From Adineta vaga (Eukaryota; Animalia; Rotifera): a DNA stretch of 64,000 bases. This document shows, one piece after another, positions 42,249-54,200 of this stretch. Position 1 is the first letter of the stretch. Every line of letters begins with the position of its first letter. Location of the stretch: positions 13,392,001 to 13,456,000 of the forward strand of contig CP075496.1 of the NCBI GenBank assembly GCA_021613535.1, written 5' to 3'. The position numbers and the translations under genes are program-made. The notes below the pieces were generated by a model. That model ran no database searches. It was not told where the DNA came from and saw nothing but the letters and a program-made list of their open reading frames with translations.

Positions 42249-43665
42249 TACGATAATTCACATCCTTCGTTGTTCACGCCAGTAGGAGGGGCCCTTCAAC
42301 TGTCTACAAATAACAACAACAACAACATAACACTGCTTGATCAATGACGCGAATATGTAAGAAAATATATTTCTTTCTTCCTTTTTTCTTTCTCATATAT
42401 TATAGGAGTAGTTGGCAATTGAATTTTAAGACCTCCGTTACGTTTATATAAATGTATAGGGTATGTTTATGAGCTGGTAATATTGACCTTCATTTTAGCG
42501 CAACCCTATCGAACACAAATTCTAAATGCATAGTTCTTTCCTTTTTTTTCTCCCTCTCTCTCTCTCGCTTTTCATGCCGATTTAGTCAGAAAGAGAGGGA
42601 AGAAGAAAGTGAGAACAGAGAGAAGAAAGGTTAACATCTTTCTCGATCACCTACTCAACTATTCGTTCACATAAGACTTCTATGAAAGAAAGAAAAGAAA
42701 AGAAACGAACAATTCTTCTCAATAATACTACTTTTGTTTAATAAAAGAATATATATATATGTATGTTCATACATGTTTAAGAGAATATTGTCTGAAATCT
42801 GATATGAATATACACGCGCAGCTATTCTTCTTCTCAATTGCTTTTGTTATTCTTTTTAATTGTGCATATGATTCTTTTTCTCCATGTCAATATTTGTTTC
42901 TTTTTGATTATTGCAGACATCAGTCAGTGATACAACAAATAAGCTTTCTATAAATGTACCTATTTACAAGCTGATCTCTGTTCAAGCAAGATCAAAGCAA
43001 GCTTGCTTAAAATAATACTCTTTTTCTTCTTCTTCTTGTCCTTAGGGAAGAGATTTACGTACTACTACTACTACTACTACTATTCTGAACAAAAAAAGAA
43101 TGTTAAGAGACATACATTCACATTAAATCTATTTCAAGTATCGATTAGAGACAACAATGCTGCTTTGTATGTTTAACAAAATGTCCAGAGACCAACGTTA
43201 CATATCTGAAGTTCACCATCTAACAATGACTTCATCCTAACATTGCATTGAATGACCTTTACTTGTTTAATAGAAACATAAACAAATCCCTCGAATGTCT
43301 ACATGTTCAATACTAATTATTCTGATGATGTATTCAACGTCTTCGTTTTCTATTTAGGGAAGAAAAAAAAAAGACTGGAGGATGTAATATAAATAATATC
43401 TATACATACAATTGATATCAATCTTTCCAGTAAACAAATTGTAACATATAAAAGATGTCTATCTAGAAAAAAAAATAAATGCAAATTAATTAGTAATAAA
43501 AAAAATAAATGAGTCTGCCGTTCTTTTTTTCTTGATCGTTCTTTCTTTTTCTTTTGACTTCTTTCATTCTCCTATTAAATTGAAACTAAACGATTATATA
43601 AATGCAAATATAAAACCATCAAACTACACATTTTCTTTCTCTCATTCTTCGTTCGTTGTACTCTT

Positions 43666-44408
43666 TTAAAATGTATATCGCATACTTTCAGTACAATCTA
43701 ATTTATCTAAATTTGGTATACATGCAAATTTAATCATTGCAGGTGAACTACAAATACATCGTCACCTAGAGGTGGCATATATTCGTTTAACATCATCTCA
43801 TTAATAAAATCTTTTGAATATTTTCATTCTTTACTTTCATCATCAATAGTATACTAAAATTTCAAACGATCGACATTCGATGCAGCCAACTGTTCAATTT
43901 CATCACGTAATAAAATGTCTCGCTCAGTTTGATTAGCAAATAGAAGCCAAATTTTTATACCAACATGTCCATTCGATACAATAGATGTTTGTTCTTTGAG
44001 CATTTCATTCAATATTTGATACATTAGTGTTATGCCTGAACCACCAGCAATAATACCAAATCGACGACGAATATGTCGAGTAACAAATGATTTAGACTTA
44101 CGTGAACGTATATCAAATAAATCATTCTGTCGATAAATAAGATTTCCCGATGGACCACTAACATGAATTGTTTGACCTATAGAAAATTTCTCCAGGTAAT
44201 TTGGTATTTGACCATTTGGATAAATTTTAATAACAAGATCGAAATAGTCTTGATTACTATCGGATGTTATTAGCGTATATGGCGGTTTGACAAGTTCATT
44301 ATTGATATATGCAGTGAGATAAATATGTTAACGTATAGGTAAACCAAGAACATGTTTTAGTGATGGAAGTTGACAATGAAACAGATGAGTATTATGAGAA
44401 ATAAAAAC
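43666..44408 (-). pseudogene. CYB5R: NADH-cytochrome b5 reductase pseudogene
   Basis: Manual translation ISHNTHLF..LPS..HVLGLPIR*HIYL..ELVKPPYT..FDLVIKIY..GPSG..IAGGSGITLMYQ..WLLFANQTERDILLRDE..KF*YTID..E*KY..PAMIKFACIPNL. Three in-frame stops, one frameshift, and degraded RxYT and GITP motifs. Confidence 0.88.
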
Positions 44409-46109
44409 CTTAAACAAACAATCATAAAATGATGGAAAATTGCAAGAGTTGTCGTATCAATCGACATTTTGATCTAAAAATAATATGAAAAAAGAATTCT
44501 GTTAACATGATGGAAGATGGAATCTGTATTTTTTCTAATTTTATTTCATTCGTGAATGAATCACTCGATGGAAAAGTTCCTTACTTGGACCAATGATGTA
44601 TCTCAGGATTGAACCAATGTCAGATGAGAACGATAGGGGCCTTACTCAACCGATTCCATTCTTAATTGATTCTGTTGCCTGAATTAATTCCAGAGAAAAA
44701 AAAAGAAGAAAAAGCAAAATTTGACAAAAACTACTTACATGTCATGAACAGAAGAAGAAAAGAAAGAAAAAAACTTTCATTTACTGATGGAAGAAGAATA
44801 TATAAAACCACTGATGCATATTCATTTATATATATAGTACATGAGAAAAAAAGAAATACGTAAAATAACATCTCTTTTCTTCTAAAGTATAGTGTAGAGA
44901 AGAGTGAGAGATTGAGAAAGAATTGTGTGAAGCGGAAGAAAAATAGTTATTCAAAAGAAAATTTATTCAATTTTATATAAAAATATTTTTAAACGATACT
45001 TAAGCGATTTTTTCTATTCATTCATTCATTCATTCATTACGCAAAGTCAGAAGGTGAAACAATCTTTTTTTATATCAAGGTTTAGATGTCAATGCTAATT
45101 TTAATCATCGCGTGATACGTTGATCAAAACCGAGGAGTGTTAAAAGATATTTCAACATGTATCTAAGCGCGAGAAAGATAGAAAAACCATAACAGATGGA
45201 TAAACATAATAAAATAATTCTCTTCGTTAATATTGATTACAAAATATCATGTACATATGGTTTTAATTAAAAAATATCAGATAATCCAAGTTAAACTAAT
45301 GCTTTAGTCGTGTCTTACATTTTACTGATAGTTTGAAGTTGCATAAGTTCTTCTTCTTCTTCTTCTTCTTTACATTGATTTAAGACTAGCCAGATATAGA
45401 TTTTAAGAGGTATGAATTAGACAAAGATGAAAAAGAATTGTAATCTTACTTATACTTTACGTAAATTTCATCATAATTCATTTTACTTCATCTACACTTT
45501 ACTGGCCTTCACCAGACTTTACTTGTACTTCATCCATACTTGAAGTTTTGCTTCGAGTAGATTCAAGCATTGCTTTATTTCTCTTTAGAAAAGATAAAGT
45601 CTTATTATTTTTAATCAATACCAAAGATATACTTACTTCTAGCGTTAGTTTAAAAGAAAACAAAATGTATTATTACAAACTAAAGCAGACATAGTCTGAA
45701 AAAAATCTGTCAGATACGCATGAATAATGATAAAATACATGACAATGTGCGACATCTGTTGTCTGAATGTGTAATATCATTTTAAATTTTCATTACAATG
45801 ATAAATTTAGAAGAAAAATGAATTTTTTATTTATTTCAAATAATATTTATTGTTTATTTTCCATGTGATATATTCCAAGTATTCTTCAGAGGTTTCAAGT
45901 CGGTGAATGGATCGATGGTAAATAGGAAAACGAACCATTGGGATAATAATCAAAATGTTTCTTATTTATTCTTTATTTATTTTCATTATTTTTGATTATT
46001 ACTTCAACCTGCAACATTGAACATCAAAAGAACTAAATGTTTTGATTTGATTTTTTTAGATTCTCGTCTGTCGAACAGAATCCCATATTAATAAAATAAG
46101 AAATTAATC

Positions 46110-46580
46110 ATGGATTCCATCGATCGCGGTTCCGTCAAAGATGTTGACCAACAACAATTCACTGCTGCATTTGCCGAATTTCTCAAGAAAACCGGCAAAC
46201 TTGCATTACCTGATGGTAATTGGGTAGATGTTATCAAATTAGGTATTCACAAACAAATGGCTCCAGTCGATCCTGATTGGTATTATACACGTTGTGCATC
46301 AATGGCACGTTTTCTCTACTTACGTCGAACAGGTGTTGGTGCTTTTACACGTGTCTATGGTGGCTTAAAACGAAAAGGTGTACGTCCATCACATTTCCAA
46401 CGTGGTTCACGTAGTGTCGTTCGTAAATGTTTACAATCGCTCGAAAAAGCTAAACTTATTGATAAACATCCATCGGGTGGTCGTGTACTTTCGACATTAG
46501 GACGACGAAACATGGACACCATAGCTAAACAAGTTGCAGAAAAACTTGCTCGACAACAACAACAACAACAACAACAATAA
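46110..46580 (+). CDS. RPS19: 40S ribosomal protein S19 (eS19)
   Basis: SVKDVDQQQFT..FAEFLKKTGKL, PVDPDWYYTRCAS.AR.LY, GGLKRKGVRPSHF, GRRNMD.IA; C-terminal Q8. Confidence 0.96.
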   Translation: MDSIDRGSVKDVDQQQFTAAFAEFLKKTGKLALPDGNWVDVIKLGIHKQMAPVDPDWYYTRCASMARFLYLRRTGVGAFTRVYGGLKRKGVRPSHFQRGSRSVVRKCLQSLEKAKLIDKHPSGGRVLSTLGRRNMDTIAKQVAEKLARQQQQQQQQ

Positions 46581-47350
46581 TAATCAGGAGAATTCGATTT
46601 TGGAATTGATTTCAATGAAAGAAAAACACAAAATCATTGAAAATTATCAAAGAAATAAAAGATCATTTCTAGTTTTGAATTTGTTTTTATTGTAAGATCC
46701 GTGGACAAAACAAAATAAACAAAGAAAAAAAACGCATAAGAAACAATATCATCTCCAAAGTCCAATTTCTGTAAATTAGTCATCTCTAGTTGTTTTTCAT
46801 CCACTTGTCTTTCATTTTGTATATAATTGCACTTGAGAATGATTCTTCGACATAAAATCATCACATTCCAATCAAGATAATCATTATTTGCATTCATAGG
46901 TAAAATAAATACTAGAAGTTTGAGTCTGAATTATATAATTACTTCAATGTTGTTTCATGGATATTTATGATACTCAATAGGATCATAAAAAAAGCGAAAA
47001 AATGAATAAGTAAAGAGCATAAAAGAATACTTCTATTCTTAGTATGTGCATCAATACTACACCCGCGCTCATTAGGTGCGAAAAAAAAAGCTTCAATAGA
47101 CAGAGCACAAAAAATCGGAATACATAAGTCATTTGTAAATACTTTCTCTCTCTCTCTTCTCATCTATCAATTCTTTGACATTCGCATTCGTCTGTCTTTA
47201 TGTATATTACGACAGATTCCACTATTCCTATCGAATAAAAAAACCGAACAAAGATTGTAACTATCGTTACCTTTTTCCTTCTGATCATATTTCTGGTATT
47301 AACAAAATTTATTCAACAAGTCATATTGATATATCTTATTACATAAAATA

Positions 47351-47676
47351 ATGTATTTCAATAAAATTTATGCAAGTTCAACCGAAAGAATTATCACAAG
47401 ATCACCCTCGGACAATACATTCGATATCGAATTACAACATCCGCAACCGCGACGCAGAGAAATCTTCAATCGTAATTATGAAAATGATGATCAGAAAGAT
47501 TCATATTATACTCGTTCATATTCAAATCCATCCAAACAAGAAAGATTCTATTCATCTAATCCTGATCAAATCCAATCTATCAATAATAATATTATTACTA
47601 TTCCCGCAGATCTTCCTGCTTTACTATCGTCTGAATCGATCCTTACACCTTCACCATTTGCACTAGTCGAAGAGAA
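47351..47676 (+). CDS. Putative upstream coding exon of Piezo (N-terminal extension)
   Basis: 109-aa ORF ends at a phase-2 donor (AA|GTAAAA, 47676/47677). Splicing to the CAG acceptor at 48233 reads K-N-F-P-I-M, in frame with the Piezo ATG at 48247. Confidence 0.5.
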
Positions 47677-48246
47677 GTAAAACATTGCTTATTTTTAGTA
47701 GAATATTTGCATCATGTGAAATCCTTTCGATTCAGAGAATCAATTTACTATATGCCGTCTTTTTCTTCTTTCTATACGTCAAAGAAATGTGCTATCAGAC
47801 TGAAAGGAACGAAAAAAAAGATAACAGAAAGAGCAGTTGTATTACATTGGTTAGAACGATTCTTTGTCTGTAATTGTAGAGAAGCAGTAGGTAAAATCTT
47901 CCAGTCACATGTTCATATTATTCGTTAGTTCATTAGGGATTTTCTTCTATGTTGTAGTAGGTTTTTTTCTCCTGCCTTTATATTCACCGAGGAGAAAATC
48001 GATATGATTAAAATAGCATAGTAAAAGGTGAGGCATATCATGTAGTCAAAAATTGTAGACGTGACTGAATTTTTATTCGCTCAGATATTCGACATAATCG
48101 TTAACATTTTGTAATTCCAATGACGCTAGAAAATGATATCGAGATGGAAATTATCATTGCCTCTTTGTTTCATACTAGAATATACCAATGTTAAAAATTG
48201 AAATAATTATTTCTTTCTTTGTTTTCTTTGCAGGAATTTTCCAATA

Positions 48247-51200
48247 ATGACTCGTTCATTATTGTCTGCTCTTATTCTCATTCTTCTTCCTATTTCATTA
48301 CTCAGCGGTAAAAACAATCAATAACTTTTCTTCTTCATATATGTTTACCTTTAGGAACTCTCTTTCGGTTTTCGGCCATATCATTCATCTACGGGTTTCT
48401 TCTTCTGATTCTTCCATGGTTAGGTACAATCAACGAAAGAAACATTCGAAGTAAATATTCATAATTTCATCGAATTTACAATAAAATATTCTATTTTAGA
48501 TCGTTTTCGTTCATTCATTCTTGTTACTATTTTAATCAGTCTTTTGGCTAGTCTTGCTCAACTTATCTTCCAATCAATTCTTCTCGCCAATAAACCATAT
48601 GGTCATACATTATCAAATTGTACTTCACGTACTCAACTTCTTCAATATTTTGGTTTAGAACGGTAGGATTCGATTTTGAAAGCGATTCTCTTTGATATTT
48701 ATGAACATATTTTAGTCTCGATAATTCAAATGCTATTCGAATCTTACGCTTAATCTTTCCTGATATCATTATATTTGCTGTATCAACTATTTGTATTGTT
48801 ATTATTCGACGTTCATTACGAATTTCGAAACGACGTCAAGGAAATGATCTACAAACTTTGACAACTACGAATAATACAACAAATTCATCACCATCATCAA
48901 CAAATAGTACGAATATAATCAATCGAAAAAATCTTTGGCCAAGATTATTATCAGTTATTCGACGTATTCGTCTTTTCATTCAATTTCTTATTGTTGGTTT
49001 TGCTGCATTTGTTTATCCAAGTCTTCTAAATTCGATCTATTTTATTTTCTTTCTTATTATTGCCTTTATATGGTCATTTTCAATTAAATTTGGAAGAAAA
49101 TTCACCATAGTTCGTGCATTATTAGTTCTCTATGCTGGCATGCATTTACTTCTATTCTATCTTTATCAATTCGCCTTCTTTCAACAAGTCCTTCCTCCGT
49201 TATCATTATGGAGCAAGTAAGAAAGAAAATTAATCTCTATATTATGTAGGTGTACATGTTTTCTTATTAATAGTGTGACAGGTTTAACAGCAATTGTAAA
49301 ATCGAATTGCACAGACAATGAACCACGTTTAATAACGAATCTTGTATGGAGCGATTATATTAATCCATGTGCAATTTTGCTTCTGTATTTTTATTTCGCT
49401 TTTGAAACCAATCGAAATCTTTTTCAAAAAGTAAAGAAGAAACATTTCAGATCTGTTTATTGAAATCTAAATGACATTTCTTCTTTTAGAAGATACACTC
49501 AACTGTAACAACAATGCAATCAATTGAACAACAAGTAAGATATTGATTAAGAGTTCAGTTTATTTTCAATGAATTACTTATCTCATACTCTACATGTCTC
49601 TTTAATCAGATAGATCCTCGTCGTAGTATTAATAAACAGGTTTGCATAATTACGGTGTATGTTTTCATACTATTCGAATAACGAAAACTTCTTTACAGAG
49701 GGACTTGATCACGTTGACTAATCATTTTATTTTATGCACTTTTCCAGTTTTATTAAGGAAATTATCACTAAGCTTTATAAGATTGACAAGAAATTGATTG
49801 ATGAAAGATATTATTAAACAGTACATTGAACGTATTCACATTGGGTTTTTCTTTGCTTTCGCATATAGAAAAGATAATAAACCCGCTTTTAATAGCCATT
49901 CTATTTTCACTTGTTTTTCATGTTCAATAATCTATTAGGCAGAGTGGTGAGGATCAAATCTATATATTTGATGTCCTATGCTTGTTCTAGAGTTTGGTTA
50001 ATACAGTGGAAATACGACGTACATTGGAAAATAGTTCTCCAACTGGTCAACGTCGATGGAGTACGGAACAACCTAGTGATCAAACATGGCAAGGACGAAT
50101 TATTTTTGTAGTCTATTCAATACTTCGTGTCTTAGAACGACAAAGTTATTTATTATCTTTAATCGCTATGCTGGTAAAATGAAATTTTGATTTATTTTAA
50201 AATCAATACTTTCTTTAGGCATGGAGTATCACTTTTCATAGTTTATTAACATTAATCTATCTTCTATGGGCATGTCTTCTTTGGGTACTGCCAAAATCTC
50301 GAAAATGGTGTTTGAGAATGAGTCCATTTTTTACAATCTATGGTGCATTATTATTAATCTTACAGTATCTAAGTGGTTTTAAAATTGGTTTCAATCAATT
50401 AAATTTTCCATCGGATCGTCATACAATGGAACAAATTGGTATAAAGATACATGATTATCAACCAGCATTTATTTATTTACTTGTTAAAGTATGTCAAATA
50501 AGAATAGAAAACAAATTGATTTGAGAGCTTTTATTTTTAGGCATTTTATATGATGTTTTTTTGGTTAACATTTCGACAGCATATCAATGAATGCAAATGC
50601 CGATATTCAACCAAATGAAGGTTAGTTTTTTAGTCGATTAGAACTTAAGAAAACAAAATGTAATGCAAATATTTCTAGTTCTAGAACTAAGTGAAAGGGG
50701 TAATTCGAGCTTTCTAAAAACTTCTTTTTATTCGATCTGCTTATCTAGATTGCTTAAATTCTGAACTAGTTCTATTGTATTTTTGTTCCTAGGTCAATCA
50801 TCGAATTCATCACAAGAATCATATCCAAAACGCTTAGGTAAAATTTTATTTGATTTCTATTCGTAAAATATAGAAAACAAGTTTGTTGTAGGACGATGGA
50901 TGGTTAATTTCTTAACAAAATATTGGATATTTGTTTCTTGTGGAATGCTTTTACTTGTTAGTATACAGGATACAGTTGTCATCTATCGAATAATCTATAT
51001 GGCATTCTATTTATTCTTCATTCTATCATTTCAAGTAAGAAGAAACTTTTCAAACGAAGATATAAATCATCTTGTTTTTCTTTTACAAAGATTTCATTTG
51101 GATTTTGGAGAAGAACAGCAGCAACATTTCATCTAACAATTATCATCTATTCAATGATTATTCTAATTGGAATATATATCTATCAAGTAAGATTTGAAAG

Positions 51201-54200
51201 ATTATATTGAAAAGAATAAAAAGATTTTCTTTGATTTTATAGTTTAAAGTAGTAAATGTCTTTCTATTAGCAAGATTTAGTGAAGAATTGTAAGTTTTTA
51301 TAAAGAATCAAAAAAGGAATTTTGATTAACTTGATTTTTATCGTTTAGATTATCATCCATTGGACTTGAAAAAGTTCAATCGGATGTTTTGGCTGTTAAA
51401 TTACTTACGCCAAGTACATTTCTTGTCGTCAATATAATGCAATTGTATTATTTTCATTCGGGTTGGATGGAACTCATAACAATGCCTAAGTAAATTTCGA
51501 AAAAAAAGAAAATAAGAGAACACTCAATGACGAATTTGTTTTTGCTTAGTGATAAGAATGTTGATGGTCGAGCAACTGGTACCATAAAAGATATTCATAC
51601 ATATGCGAAAGGTAATAGAATAATTCTCTTGATTTGATAATGATTTAAATGAAATTTTTATACAGAAAATACAGACAATCCAAATAGTCTTCAAACTCAA
51701 CAAATTTTACAAAGTAAACCAGAAACTTGGCAAGAATCGTTATATAAATTATATTTTCGAGCAAATCGTTTCTACAAACAACTTGCTTATTATACATGGC
51801 GTTTTGCTGAAATTCATTCGTTTAAATTAGTTCTATTTATTATGGTTCTTGTTTCTATTCTTCGAGTAAGACAAGTCTTTAATTTTGTTTGTTTTTCTCA
51901 TTAAAATTCGTTTTTATTTTTCCAAAAAGGTCTCAGCATTCAATGTTTCATTAATTATTTTAACAACAATTGGTTTAACATTATTACGTTTACGATCATT
52001 GATTAATTTATTAACATTAATTGCTACAGGTTTATATATTCTTGCATCGATGTGTTATCAATTGGAAATAGCTAAACAATATATTGTTCAACGAAATATT
52101 TTCGTGAGAAATTGTTCACAAGTAAATGTTGAAAATAAAAGTATTTAATAGGAAATAACTGAACTTAATTCATTTAGATTATTCCTAATGTTACATTAAA
52201 TGAAAATTTTAATACAATTCCCAATGATACAGCGAAATGGTTTGGTCTTCAATTAACATCCAATATCGGTCGATTAATTGGAGTAAAAGTTTTGGTTTTC
52301 TTTTTAATCGTATTCTTGAATTTTCTTTGTAGGTTTATATTTTATTAACAGTGGTCTTAACATTGGATGCTATTGCACGATATCGACAAAGACATCGTCG
52401 TTTATCATTATCGATTCATTTCAATGTTCATTTAGTTGAAAATCGTTTTCCAATTCTATTTGAACCATTTGCAATAAAGGATGTTGATGATGATACATAT
52501 GAATATGATATTCTTACGTATAGACAAGCAGATCAAGGCATGATTGAGTTTCTCAAATATTTATGTAATTTTATTTTCTATCGATTTGGTTTGGAGGTAA
52601 ATTATTTGATTTCTTGGTTTTTTTCTTCAAAGAATTCATCAATTATTGTGTATTTAGATATGTTATATAACAACAGTTATTGTTATTGGTATACGGCTTG
52701 ATGTTATGGCTGTTTTATATGCAGTTTGGCTTGGTATATTTCTGATTTCAAGTCGACGAACAATTCAACGTTTATGGCCTATTTATGTTTTATTTCATAT
52801 TATTGTCTTTCCATTACAATATATGAGTGTAGTGGGTGCACCACCATTTCTATGCTTTGGTTAGTAATAACAGATCAATCGAACGTGCTTTCATATGACT
52901 CAGTGATGATATATTCGTTTTTACCTAACCAATGAGATATTCATTAGAGAAATGAGGATGGAAAGAAAAACCAATAGTTGTAGACTATACCGTTCTCTAT
53001 GTTTTACTAGATGTTAGTCATCCAGAATGTAAAAGTACAAACATATTATTTTAATACTTTTGATGTTATTATTGTAGAATATCCATGGGCAAATCTAAAT
53101 CTAACTGATTGGTCACAATTGAAACGATGGCTTTATTTAGCAGATTATCAAAATCCACCGATTGCTTCACAGTTAATTGGTAAGATTTGTATAACGATAA
53201 ACTCTACGAATTTATTTTGATTTCATTTAGCTGATTTTTTTCAATTCTTATTTGCTTGTCAACAATGGCATGTATTTACATATGAATCTAATGAAAAAGA
53301 TCGTGTTTATGTTGAAGCTGGAGGTTCCAATCGTGAAATTGTTCATGATGATGATGTTTATAAAAATAATCCAACATGGGATTTCGTTACAAATAAACGA
53401 CATTGGCTTGATCATATTAAATATGCTGTATTTATGTACGGTGCATGGAGTGTTCTATCAATTGTTTATCTTGCTGGAACAACACGAATTAGTTTACTTG
53501 GTCTTGGTTATCTCGTTGCCTGTTTCTATTTTCTATGGTATGGTCAAGATTTTCTAACAAAACGATTGTCATTGATGCTTCGATTGTATGTAAAGACTTT
53601 CTTTTCATTCTATCATCTATTTCATTTCGTTTATAGATGGAATTATTTGATTTATTACTGTTTTGCGGTGGTATTTATTAAAGCATGTTTACAGGTATGT
53701 CAATCAAGAGACAAGAAATAGAAAGAACTATTTGATATTGAAGAAATGAGATATAAAACACTTTCAGGTAGTTGCGTGTCTTGGTCTTCTATCAGCTCAA
53801 TGTGCAATTGAACAGATCTTTGCTATTGCCTGTTTACAATCAGGCATTCACAGTCTCAATAATTATGATAGCACATCTCCCACAGGTTCTTTTTTTCCCG
53901 TTTATTCTATAAATATTTCTCCTTTGTCTTTTTTGGGGTTGCGAAAATATTATTTTTCTCAAGCATGCTTCTTCTTTTATTCGTAGAAGAAAATAGATAA
54001 ACGAATAGGAATTCAAATTTTGATTGTCTTACTTTGATATTTCTTTAGGTAGTCGTTTGTATCTTTCTCTATCCAAAAACATCTTGTAAAATGGAATCAC
54101 GCATGTCAACATTTTGCACGTTTGTGGATTTGTTTGTGCCATGTTTAAAATCTGAATTTAAACCTCAAACTAACTGTTCTTCATCTTATAAAAGTATAGA

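Noticed and set aside
45290-45700. Minus-strand exon-like segments with GTAAG donors, divergent from RPS19
   Set aside because: Longest frame is ~23 aa; cannot distinguish lncRNA, pseudogene or noise.
49939-49946. 8-nt candidate microexon in Piezo (TAG|GCAGAGTG|GTGAGG)
   Set aside because: It would shift the frame and I found no compensating partner exon.
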